Position numbers and translations under genes: made by a program. Source: Euryarchaeota archaeon UBA602 (GTDB taxonomy: Archaea > Thermoplasmatota > Poseidoniia > Poseidoniales > Thalassarchaeaceae). Taken from it: 60,052 nt of DNA. The notes under the pieces were generated by a model, which was not told where the DNA came from, ran no database searches, and was given only the letters and a program-made list of their open reading frames with translations. Positions 47,775 to 56,731 of the stretch are shown here, piece by piece. How positions within the stretch are numbered: position 1 is the first letter of the stretch; every line of letters begins with the position of its first letter. The stretch covers positions 7,777-67,828 of the forward strand of contig DAHO01000045.1 in assembly GCA_002498455.1 (NCBI GenBank), in the 5' to 3' direction.

Positions 47775-47886
47775 GGGACACTCACCGGGTTGCGGGGGTT
47801 CTTGAACTATCGCACATTGATGTTGGAGCGAAGTTCGTGGGGGTAGAACTTGTTACCAAATGCGTTCTGGGGTGGGCGTGGCGGAG

Positions 47887-48954
47887 ATGGAATCGTTTCA
47901 TTTTGGAGGTACGGAGATTGCCCCTGGCACCGGGATTGAAGTTTCCTTGGAACTCGGGGATGGTCCTGCCGGAAATCCACGGAGTATCCCAGTCTACATC
48001 CTTCATGGAACCAAACCTGGCCCTGTTTTGGGGCTCATTGCGGGAATTCATGGAGATGAATTGAATGGAGTTTCCGTTGTCCATCACCTCATACATGGCG
48101 ACGATCATATCGCCGATACAGATGATGATACCATCAATCGCTCAAAACTCGCTGGGACGCTCATCTGCGTACCTGTAGTTAACATCGAAGGTATGCTTCT
48201 TGAGCAGAGGGGGGCCCCTGACAATCGGGACATTAATCGCTTGTTCCCAGGTAAAGAAACTGGAAATCAATCTCAAAGAATTGCACACGCTTTGTTCCAA
48301 GGTGTTGTGAGTCGCTCAGATTACCTGATCGATTTGCATTCAGCACCCCACTCCAGAACCAACTTACCACATGTACGCGCAGATTTTGACAAGAAAGATT
48401 GTCTCGATTTAGCCCGTGCTTTTGGGACCCAAATCATCCTTCATTCAAATGGACCCAAGGGCTCTCTCAGAAGGGAAGCATCCGCCAAAGGAACACCGAC
48501 AATTTTGCTGGAAGCTGGGACTGCACATCGTTTTGAAATGGAAGCCGTGCATGCTGGAATAGAAGGTGTACTGAATGTAATGGCTCATTTAGGAATGATT
48601 GAGCGGACATTGCGACAACCTGCGTTCCGGTTGCTAGTTCGACGATCAAAGTGGGCTCGAGCAGAAGCAGGGGGATTGTTGTACAGCCTGGTCAAAGCTG
48701 GGGACCATGTCCAAAAGGGCCAGAATATTGCTCTCATCACTGACCCCCTCGGTGCAAAAACTCACACCATCGAGAGCCCCCGGACGGGTGTCATCGTAGG
48801 CCTAGCCCTCAACCCATTGGTTCGTGCGGGCGATCCGATTGCCAATATCGTGTTGTGTTCCGCAAAGAAATGGAATCGTACCCAAATCGAGCAAGGTGCT
48901 CAGGGCCCTGAGGAAGAATCCGTAGATGATGAGGAATCCTTGGACGATGCCTGA
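47887..48954 (+). CDS. Succinylglutamate desuccinylase/aspartoacylase family (M14-like) hydrolase
   Basis: GIHGDELNG, RDINRLFPG, IDLHS, LEAG. Confidence 0.9.
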   Translation: MESFHFGGTEIAPGTGIEVSLELGDGPAGNPRSIPVYILHGTKPGPVLGLIAGIHGDELNGVSVVHHLIHGDDHIADTDDDTINRSKLAGTLICVPVVNIEGMLLEQRGAPDNRDINRLFPGKETGNQSQRIAHALFQGVVSRSDYLIDLHSAPHSRTNLPHVRADFDKKDCLDLARAFGTQIILHSNGPKGSLRREASAKGTPTILLEAGTAHRFEMEAVHAGIEGVLNVMAHLGMIERTLRQPAFRLLVRRSKWARAEAGGLLYSLVKAGDHVQKGQNIALITDPLGAKTHTIESPRTGVIVGLALNPLVRAGDPIANIVLCSAKKWNRTQIEQGAQGPEEESVDDEESLDDA

Positions 48955-49029
48955 ATCCTTGAGAATAGGCATTGCGCCCCTAAGGGCGCACCGAACAGTC
49001 AAGAACTCCTTGTTGTCGCTTAACGCCGC

Positions 49030-49995
49030 ATGTCCGAGGAGGCTGATGTCGTCGAAGACAACACCTTCTGGTGGTCGAATTGGGTACGCGTAGAAAATCT
49101 GGAACTGATTTTTTCTTTGGTCTCTATCGGTATCGTGATTTTCGTCATCCAAGAAGACTTGGTCAATACCAACCCGTCACTGTTCTGGGTATTGGCCTTC
49201 CTCGATCTGGTCTTGGTCGGATTTTTTGTTGCCGAGTTGTCAAAGGATCTGTCCAATACTGAAGACCGAAGTGAATGGTGGAGGGCTCAGAGCTGGGGGA
49301 TGCTCGGACTGACCCCTGTGATTTTGGCTGCAATACCCGAAATCAGCGTCATCGTATTGTTCCGATTGGTGCATTTGTCCAAGGTTTATTTCCTCGCAAC
49401 CAACTTACTGGGATTGCAAGAAACAAGCGAGGAATCGCCTGTTCAGGTCCAAATTCAGCATTTGATTTTCGTCGTGACTGCGATCGGATTTGCAGGCGGC
49501 TTCATCGCCTATTTGTTTGAGCAACACGCATCTCCCACCGAATGCGGAGATACCTGTATCGACACCCTCCCTCAAGCCATGTGGTGGGCCATCACAACGG
49601 CGACGACGGTCGGATATGGTGACTATGCTCCGGTGACTCCGGGAGGACGCGTAGTTGCAATTTTCCTGATGTTCACTGGAATTGCACTGTATGGATTGTT
49701 GACAGCGACACTCTCTCAACTCATTTGGGCAAAAGGTCGTAAATATGGTAAAAATGAGCGAGGCGATGTCGATTCAAATGAAATGATTGAGAGATTGGAA
49801 AGGCTAGCCGATATGCGTAGAGATGGTTGGCTGACAGCCACCGAGTTTCACGATGCGAAAAAGAGCGTTCTGACCGGAAAAATGCCGGGAGGGAACAAGG
49901 CGAGAGATATCGAGTCACGTTCCCCCATCCCACGTGATGAGCGAAAAGCCAGACGAGAAGCAGCGCGTGCAGGATTCCTCAATGAAGAAGAGTAG
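49030..49995 (+). CDS. Potassium channel (6TM) with a C-terminal SHOCT-like motif
   Basis: WWAITTATTVGYGD selectivity filter; LERLADMRRDGWLTATEF. Confidence 0.92.
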   Translation: MSEEADVVEDNTFWWSNWVRVENLELIFSLVSIGIVIFVIQEDLVNTNPSLFWVLAFLDLVLVGFFVAELSKDLSNTEDRSEWWRAQSWGMLGLTPVILAAIPEISVIVLFRLVHLSKVYFLATNLLGLQETSEESPVQVQIQHLIFVVTAIGFAGGFIAYLFEQHASPTECGDTCIDTLPQAMWWAITTATTVGYGDYAPVTPGGRVVAIFLMFTGIALYGLLTATLSQLIWAKGRKYGKNERGDVDSNEMIERLERLADMRRDGWLTATEFHDAKKSVLTGKMPGGNKARDIESRSPIPRDERKARREAARAGFLNEEE

Positions 49996-50025
49996 CCTTG
50001 ATAGCCCTCAAGTCGACGACACCGC

Positions 50026-50574
50026 ATGGAGCAGGTGGTTTTCGGGGTCGTCACCGCTTCTGACAGGGCATCCTCTGGTGAATACGAAGACCTCTCCGGA
50101 CTTGCGATTGCCGACTTCTTGTATGAGGCGATTGCTTCCCCTTTTGTCATCAAGCGTAGAATCATTCCTGATGAGCAAGAGATCATTGAATCCACTCTAA
50201 GTGAACTTGCGGATTTAGGGTGTGCTGTGGTCATTACGACTGGTGGTACTGGACCGGCACCTCGAGATGTTACTCCGGATGCGACTGAAGCAGTTTGTGA
50301 TCGTATCTTACCAGGATTTGGTGAACAGATGCGAGCGATTTCTCTTCGTCATGTACCTACGGCTGTTCTCAGCCGACAAACTGCAGGTACGCGAGGTCGT
50401 TGCTTGATCCTAAATCTCCCTGGAAGCCCTCGCTCAATTCGCGAAATTATTGACGAGATTTGGCCCGCAGTCCCATATTGTGTCGATCTCATTGGTGGAC
50501 CACATATCAAAACAAATGATGGTGTTTGGTCGGCTTGGAGGCCCCCTCATGCTCGCCGCGCGATTGAAGAATGA
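50026..50574 (+). CDS. mog: Molybdopterin adenylyltransferase MogA
   Basis: SDRASSGEYEDLSG, TTGGTGPAPRDVTPDAT, LSRQTAG, NLPGSP. Confidence 0.92.
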   Translation: MEQVVFGVVTASDRASSGEYEDLSGLAIADFLYEAIASPFVIKRRIIPDEQEIIESTLSELADLGCAVVITTGGTGPAPRDVTPDATEAVCDRILPGFGEQMRAISLRHVPTAVLSRQTAGTRGRCLILNLPGSPRSIREIIDEIWPAVPYCVDLIGGPHIKTNDGVWSAWRPPHARRAIEE

Positions 50575-50592
50575 TACCCGAGTCGGCGCAGT

Positions 50593-51417
50593 ATGGCCAA
50601 GTTCAAGGATACCGATTTAGAATTGACACGAGCAATGAATGAAATGCGTGAAGTTGAGATCCAACTCGACTTTACCCCAAACGCACTAGCAAGTGTATTG
50701 TACAAGCAAGGTGACACTGTTGTCCTCGCTTGTTGTACACGCGCGAGGAACCTGCCTCGTTGGTTTCCTCGTGACGCCACAAAAGGATGGGTCAATGCTG
50801 AATACAGCCTACTCCCGGGTTCGACCGATTCTCGATTCCAGCGTGAACGAAGAGGTGCAAAGGGTCGAACTTACGAAATTGAACGCTTGATTGCACGTAG
50901 CCTTCGAGCTGGAATTAACCTTGAGGAACTCGGTCCACACAGTCTTACTGTAGATTGTGATATTCTGAATGCAGACGGAGGTACTCGCTGCGCTTCGATT
51001 ACTGCAGCTACCATCGCTCTCAGATTGGGTGTTCGTCGATTGATTGAGCAGGGATTGTGCTTGCCTGCGGCCGACCGCAAACCCGCAGATGCGGGGCGTG
51101 AATGGGAGCCTCGTGAATTGAGTCCAGATGAGAAATCTGCGCACGAAGCAGCTGTTCTACCAGTCGATGTTGCGGCGATTAGCGTTGGACTGATTGGTGA
51201 AGACGTGTATCTTGATTTGGATTACATTCTTGATTCAAATGCAGATGTCGACATGAACGTCATCGGCACCAGCGATGGAATGTTGGTTGAGGTCCAAGGA
51301 ACCGGGGAAGAAGCCACCTATTCTCGGGCTCAAATGGATGCGCTTATGGATATGGCTGAGAAGGGGCTTGCGCGCCTGCACTCGATACAAAGTGATGTTC
51401 TCAACAATCAGAGTTGA
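50593..51417 (+). CDS. rph: Ribonuclease PH (bacterial type)
   Basis: GWVNAEYSLLP, GRTYEIERLIARSLR, DCDILNADGGTRCASIT, DSNADVDMNV, EVQGTGE. Confidence 0.93.
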   Translation: MAKFKDTDLELTRAMNEMREVEIQLDFTPNALASVLYKQGDTVVLACCTRARNLPRWFPRDATKGWVNAEYSLLPGSTDSRFQRERRGAKGRTYEIERLIARSLRAGINLEELGPHSLTVDCDILNADGGTRCASITAATIALRLGVRRLIEQGLCLPAADRKPADAGREWEPRELSPDEKSAHEAAVLPVDVAAISVGLIGEDVYLDLDYILDSNADVDMNVIGTSDGMLVEVQGTGEEATYSRAQMDALMDMAEKGLARLHSIQSDVLNNQS

Positions 51418-51493
51418 TGGTGCGGTGGGCCGGGCTTGAACCGGCGACTTCCAGATCTTCAGTCTGGCACTCTCCCAGCTGAGTTACCACCGC
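51418..51493 (-). tRNA. tRNA-Phe(GAA), CCA encoded, no intron
   Basis: GCGGTGGTAACTCAGCTGGGAGAGTGCCAGACTGAAGATCTGGAAGTCGCCGGTTCAAGCCCGGCCCACCGCACCA; 76-nt cloverleaf. Confidence 0.98.
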
Positions 51494-51550
51494 AGGGAAC
51501 TGCGCCACCAGCCTCGCATTATCAACCCTTTCGGGTGCTAAATGAGTGCC

Positions 51551-52687
51551 TCAAAAGAGGTCGTCGTCATCTTCTTCAGAGTCCAACATCATGGGCTCAT
51601 CGGCCTTTTTGGTCGATTTCTTCGCCGCAGGCTTAGTTTCTTTCTTCGGCGCCGGAGGAGTCGGGGCTGTCTTGCCTTGCTCTGCAGCTTCTCGCTTGGC
51701 TTTCTCTTCAGCCTCTCGAGCTGCCAATTCCTCTGGATCCATGCCCTGTGCAATGGCCAATTTGTTGCGACGCTCGTCACGAGCCTGCTTCTCAAACAAG
51801 CGATGTTTCGCTTTTTCGCACTGTTGCAACATGAACATGGCATCGTGTTCAAGCAAAGGTGAATCTGAAATCATGGTGATGTCTAACCAATCACCGTCCT
51901 CAGCCAAGAATTCTGCAAGAGGCTCAAACTTCAAATCGGATTTCTTAATTTGCGTGTAGTGCAATGCATTGCCCATACGATGTTCAATGCCACTGAAGTG
52001 ACAATAGAAGGTCTTCCCACCAATGGTTTCTCGAACCAAATCGAATAATTCGCCGAAGTCTTCACTCGTTCGTAGACGACCATGACCTCGCGCATGGATA
52101 TGGGCTAGATTGAGAACAGGAACTGTACCTTCAACGTGATTGGTAACCTCTAGGACCTCCTCAAGAGTACCCCAGAGTTCCTGCCGTCCGCTGGTCTCAA
52201 CACCAATCAATGTGGGGGAATTGTCAATCACCCATGGGAACGCAGCATAATCCTCACTTTCGTCCTCGTTGTTCCAAATTTCTGCACAACGATCTACGAC
52301 GCCAGCCATGACGTTGGCGACCTGCTCATTGGCATCTTTACCACGCTTGAATTCACCATAAGGCCCAACGTGGTATGTGATGTGGCGTGCGTTCACGATC
52401 TTGGCCGCCTGCAGGCTGGCCTCCATCTTCGATAGGGTTCGGCTCCGTTCGCGCTTGTTACCCAACAATTCTGCATAGTACGGGCCGTGGAGATTCATTT
52501 CAAAACCCGTTTTCCATGACAAAATACCCGCTTGCCAATATTGGTCAAAATGATGAGGTGCAACGGTCCTAACAGTTTGGATTTCCATCGTCTCTAAACC
52601 GAGTGCAGTTATGTCATCCATTCCTTCAACAATCGTCCGTCCTTTGCAGGACAACGGAACGCCGGCAGGTCCTAATTTCAGTGGCAT
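51551..52687 (-). CDS. Endonuclease IV-like TIM-barrel protein with a charged C-terminal tail
   Basis: LGPAGVP, LHGPYY, YHVG, GVETSG..GTLEE, AHIHAR, HFSGIE, SPLLEHDA. Confidence 0.85.
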   Translation of the reverse strand: MPLKLGPAGVPLSCKGRTIVEGMDDITALGLETMEIQTVRTVAPHHFDQYWQAGILSWKTGFEMNLHGPYYAELLGNKRERSRTLSKMEASLQAAKIVNARHITYHVGPYGEFKRGKDANEQVANVMAGVVDRCAEIWNNEDESEDYAAFPWVIDNSPTLIGVETSGRQELWGTLEEVLEVTNHVEGTVPVLNLAHIHARGHGRLRTSEDFGELFDLVRETIGGKTFYCHFSGIEHRMGNALHYTQIKKSDLKFEPLAEFLAEDGDWLDITMISDSPLLEHDAMFMLQQCEKAKHRLFEKQARDERRNKLAIAQGMDPEELAAREAEEKAKREAAEQGKTAPTPPAPKKETKPAAKKSTKKADEPMMLDSEEDDDDLF

Positions 52688-52852
52688 ATTCTCCCCCCGA
52701 CCTCTCGGCCGAAACGTTCTATCTTCAAAAGGATGTGCGGATGCATTCTCCTAATAATCTCAAACGAACAGGTATACTTGCCCTTCGTAATTAATGAATA
52801 TTTGCAACGCGAGACCGACATATTAACCCGAACAAGACCGCGCGGTTGCATC

Positions 52853-54721
52853 ATGGGTGGACGTGGACACATCGGCCGCAGGACGAGGTCTTTGCTCGCC
52901 ATCGGCCTGTGCCTGATTCTACTGTTGCCAAGTGGAATGAGTGCGACCTTGGTTCCAACCGATTACAATACAGACGTCAAACCCGTGAATTTCTACAGTG
53001 CCAATGGTTCAGGCGTTAATGAAGAACATCCTGAATGGGGACAAGCAGGGACATTGTTGGGCCGAGTAGCCAATGCATCTCACGACCCAGAAGCAAATTG
53101 GATGGGATTGACAGATTTGCCAAATACAAGAAACATCAGCAACATAGTCTGCGCTGAACCTATGGCCATCCAAGATGAGCGAGGACTGTCGGATTACAAC
53201 TGGTTATGGGGGCAGTTTATCACTCACGAGATTGACTTCACATTGACGCAAAATGGTCGAGTTGGTGGAACGGGTACACCCGAGCAGGCCAACATCCTGA
53301 TTTCAGAAGATGATCCACAAATGGGTGCACCTGGTGGTTCTCAAATCCGATTCTTCCGCTCGCTCTACGTGAACGTGACTGATGATCTGGGCATCCAAAC
53401 TCGAGAGCATCCTAACTCAATCACAACCTGGATCGACGGAAGTTCTGTTTACGGATCATCCATTGAGACCTCAAACTGGTTACGGACTTTTGAGGGCGGG
53501 AAACTGAAGGTCAGTCCAAATCCGTGGGGGGATTTACTTCCAGTTGCGCAAGATGATGACCAGACTGCGCCCCCAATGTCTTTCGTAGGATTTAGCGCGG
53601 ATGTCCGATTTATTGCTGGCGATTCACGAGCCAACGAGCATATCGCACTGATGTCATTGCATGTTCTGTTTATCCGTGAGCACAATCGACTCGCGGAGGA
53701 AATTGCTGAGCGAAACCCCGATTGGACGGATGAGGATATTTACCAACTGGCAAGGAAACTCGTCGCGGCGCAAATACAAGCCATCACTTACGAGGAATTC
53801 CTCCCAAGTTTGGGCGTCACACTCGTCCCATACAGTGGATACAATTCATCAATTAATCCACAAGTAACCAGCTCGTTTGCCACAGTAGCATTCCGCATGG
53901 GGCACTCCCAAACAGGAGATGTATTCCTCAGACTTGATGAGAATCGGGAACCCATTGAGAATGGAGTTATGGACTTATTTGATGGGTTTTGGACCACTCG
54001 CCCCGTGACGGAAGAAGGAGGCATTGCCCCCATATTGCGAGGAGTCGCAGCCCAGACTCAAGCCGCCAACGACATTTACTATGGAGAGGATTTGAGGAAT
54101 CATTTGTTTGGAATGCCGGGTGCAGGAGGCATGGACTTGTGCGCTATCGATATCCAACGAGGTCGCGATCATGGAGTCCCATACTACGGAGATGTTCGAG
54201 CCGCATTTGGACTCGATCAGATATCCAATTACAGCGACATTACAAGCGATGATGAGGTTGCAGGACGTCTTGCGGAAGCCTATGGTCAACAGGACCCGGG
54301 TCATATCGACCCCTACATCGGCATGTTGGCCGAAGATCATCTACCCGATTCTGCGTTGGGTGAAACCATGGATGCTGTCATTCGTGATCAATTCATTCGA
54401 CTGCGAGATGGAGACCCGCTGTATTACGAAAATGACCCCGAATTGGAAGGGGTTGAACAGAACCTCTCGGAGACAAGACTCTCCCACATCATACTGCGAA
54501 ACACTGAGATCCAATCCATCCAATGCAATGTATTCTTTGCAGAAACCAATCTGGATAATTTGGATTGTTATTTACCCAAAGAAATTACCTCACCAGTGGT
54601 TGAAAACAAAGATGAATCCAATATCAGAACCATCGTTCTTGGGTTGATTGGATTGGCCGTTCTCGGATTGCTGATTATTGGCTTTTTTGGGGCGACTTCC
54701 AAATCAGCTGAACCAGAATAA
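52853..54721 (+). CDS. Heme peroxidase of the peroxidase-cyclooxygenase (animal peroxidase) superfamily; signal peptide and C-terminal TM anchor
   Basis: WGQFITHEIDFT, IDGSSVYG, AGDSRANE, FIREHNR, AFRMGHS, DIQRGRDHG, LRDGD. Confidence 0.93.
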   Translation: MGGRGHIGRRTRSLLAIGLCLILLLPSGMSATLVPTDYNTDVKPVNFYSANGSGVNEEHPEWGQAGTLLGRVANASHDPEANWMGLTDLPNTRNISNIVCAEPMAIQDERGLSDYNWLWGQFITHEIDFTLTQNGRVGGTGTPEQANILISEDDPQMGAPGGSQIRFFRSLYVNVTDDLGIQTREHPNSITTWIDGSSVYGSSIETSNWLRTFEGGKLKVSPNPWGDLLPVAQDDDQTAPPMSFVGFSADVRFIAGDSRANEHIALMSLHVLFIREHNRLAEEIAERNPDWTDEDIYQLARKLVAAQIQAITYEEFLPSLGVTLVPYSGYNSSINPQVTSSFATVAFRMGHSQTGDVFLRLDENREPIENGVMDLFDGFWTTRPVTEEGGIAPILRGVAAQTQAANDIYYGEDLRNHLFGMPGAGGMDLCAIDIQRGRDHGVPYYGDVRAAFGLDQISNYSDITSDDEVAGRLAEAYGQQDPGHIDPYIGMLAEDHLPDSALGETMDAVIRDQFIRLRDGDPLYYENDPELEGVEQNLSETRLSHIILRNTEIQSIQCNVFFAETNLDNLDCYLPKEITSPVVENKDESNIRTIVLGLIGLAVLGLLIIGFFGATSKSAEPE

Positions 54722-56597
54722 TTGTCATCAGAATGAGAACCAATATCGAGAAATCAATCGGTTCAGGTGGGAGAACCTCCACAACGGTGATTTCTGAATT
54801 CACCTGAACATCACCAATGCTTTGGATATGTCCGGTCGACCATTTGACCTTGACTTCAGCGATTGATTGGTCACCCAAACCAAAATGCACAATGGGGTCA
54901 CTACTGCCAAGGAAACCATCTCCAGCGTAAGCATGCTGTTTGAGAATGGTTCCATCCTCCAAATGCACTTCAACGATGCAACCGATACCGTGTGAATTAG
55001 AGCCCCCTTCTGTACCTTGTAGCCTCACCTTAAGCCACCCACCAAGACCGTCCTCGACAGCAGTGTTTCTCCATAACTGCGGGGCTGCATTCGCGTGTGC
55101 CAATAGCAGGTCTAGGTCACCATCATTATCGAAATCTGCTAGGGCAACGCCCATGGTTTTGTTTCCTCCACGGGCATAACCAGAACTCTTGTTGGCCCCA
55201 GATAGACCGAGTTCATCCGCAACATCGGTGAAATCAATCATTCCATCACCGTCGATATCACCATCGTTTCGGTACAATGAATTGTATTGATTTGAAATGT
55301 CCAAATTAATTCGTCCAACTCCAAACCACAGATCCATATCACCATCCAAGTCGTAATCAAAGAAATGACAATCCCAATTCACAAGAGTGTTCGATTGTTC
55401 GCCATAAATTCCCATCGAAGATTGCTCTACGAAGATGTCTCCTTGATTGTTCCACAGGAAATTATCGCCGAAATTTGACTGGCATACATCCAAATCTCCG
55501 TCCAAATCAATGTCTGCTGCATGAGCACCCATGCCCGTTCCGGGTCGAACCATCTCTCGCTCGGTCGTCACCAACTCAAATGTCCCATCACCGTTGTTTT
55601 GGTAAAGGGGGGAGATGCCAAAATCACTGGCAACGTACAAATCCTCCCATCCGTCACCATTTGCATCGAACCAAACCGCGGCCCATGACATACCGGAACC
55701 CGTCGGTTCATCACTGACCCCGTCTGGCAACTTGGCCTGAGCACTTGGATTGGTGACACTGGTGGGAAATATCGAAAGTGCAGGGCCCACCAATGGAACA
55801 AAATCAACTTCGGAGGATTCAAGCTGCCCAAAAGTACCTGATTCCTTTGTTTGGTCACTAAATTCTGGGATTCCATCACCGTTAGAATCTCCATCATTAC
55901 GGTACAGAATATTGGTTTCGCGTCGGGCCAAACCGGTCAACTCGTCAACCATTCCAAAGTTCATCGAGTAACAGTCCAAGTCACCATCATGGTCATAATC
56001 AGCCCATACGGATCCTGATGAGTGTCCTGGATTGCCCAAGTTACTCTGAGCGGTCACATCCGTAAACACACCGTTTTCATTTTGGAACATTTGGTTTGGT
56101 TCACCGGTAAATTCCGGATTCTCCATATTGGCTCGCCCATAATTTGAGAGATACAAATCCACATCACCATCACCATCAAAATCAACCCAAGTGGCTCCCA
56201 ATGTAGTCACATCGGGAAAACCCACTCCAGCCTCTTCTGATACATCAACAAATTGTCCACCGCCATCATTTCTCAGTAAGTGACTCTGACCCGTAGAGTT
56301 CTCGACCAATCGCTCATGGGCAGGATGATTCTCTGGAATATCTCCCATACTGGAGAATCCGAGAGCAATTGCCGTTTCTTGCCCAAGGTGGTCAAATCGA
56401 GCGGTTAGGAAGACGTCCAAATCACCATCTTGATCATAATCGCCCCAAGCCACTCCCGGGCCATAAGACGCCCAATTGGTCAAAGGACCGGAATCGATCT
56501 CCTCAAACCCCGATTCGGGTACCAGTTCAAATCCAGCACTTGCAGGACCGCATGAAAGTAGCAGCACCACCAACAGATAGACCGGTGCTGGGCGCAT
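54675..56597 (-). CDS. CRTAC1/ASPIC-UnbV family FG-GAP repeat surface protein
   Basis: Repeated DxDxDGDLD Ca-binding loops; C-terminal GFLGSSDPIVHFGLG..VKW; signal peptide and C-terminal TM. Confidence 0.9.
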   Translation of the reverse strand: MRPAPVYLLVVLLLSCGPASAGFELVPESGFEEIDSGPLTNWASYGPGVAWGDYDQDGDLDVFLTARFDHLGQETAIALGFSSMGDIPENHPAHERLVENSTGQSHLLRNDGGGQFVDVSEEAGVGFPDVTTLGATWVDFDGDGDVDLYLSNYGRANMENPEFTGEPNQMFQNENGVFTDVTAQSNLGNPGHSSGSVWADYDHDGDLDCYSMNFGMVDELTGLARRETNILYRNDGDSNGDGIPEFSDQTKESGTFGQLESSEVDFVPLVGPALSIFPTSVTNPSAQAKLPDGVSDEPTGSGMSWAAVWFDANGDGWEDLYVASDFGISPLYQNNGDGTFELVTTEREMVRPGTGMGAHAADIDLDGDLDVCQSNFGDNFLWNNQGDIFVEQSSMGIYGEQSNTLVNWDCHFFDYDLDGDMDLWFGVGRINLDISNQYNSLYRNDGDIDGDGMIDFTDVADELGLSGANKSSGYARGGNKTMGVALADFDNDGDLDLLLAHANAAPQLWRNTAVEDGLGGWLKVRLQGTEGGSNSHGIGCIVEVHLEDGTILKQHAYAGDGFLGSSDPIVHFGLGDQSIAEVKVKWSTGHIQSIGDVQVNSEITVVEVLPPEPIDFSILVLILMTIILVQLIWKSPQKSQ

Positions 56598-56731
56598 GCT
56601 CTGGGATGAGATGTTACACATAAGAATACGGCTATGTGCTAAATCGCATCTATGATGCGCAGAGACATACGTTCAAACCAAGGTGAATGCGCACGACCGA
56701 AAAGAACGGGGTTGTTTGGCCCCTGCGGAGC

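Noticed and set aside
47650..47775. Fluoride (crcB) riboswitch, SRP RNA or RNase P RNA identity for the RPA leader
   Set aside because: GGTAATGGAGTGCC..AAAC..GCTGA..CTCCA resembles the fluoride motif only loosely (no GAUG in P1, no CUxAUxAC, wrong downstream gene); too short and lacking the conserved SRP helix 8 or RNase P P4 sequences
51418..56600. Integrated element at tRNA-Phe
   Set aside because: No integrase, no duplicated tRNA 3' end seen, and the flanking genes are housekeeping
56600..56731. FMN riboswitch upstream of ribB
   Set aside because: No AGGGC..GAAATTCCCGACCG or other RFN consensus; only short hairpins (CGCATC-TAT-GATGCG)
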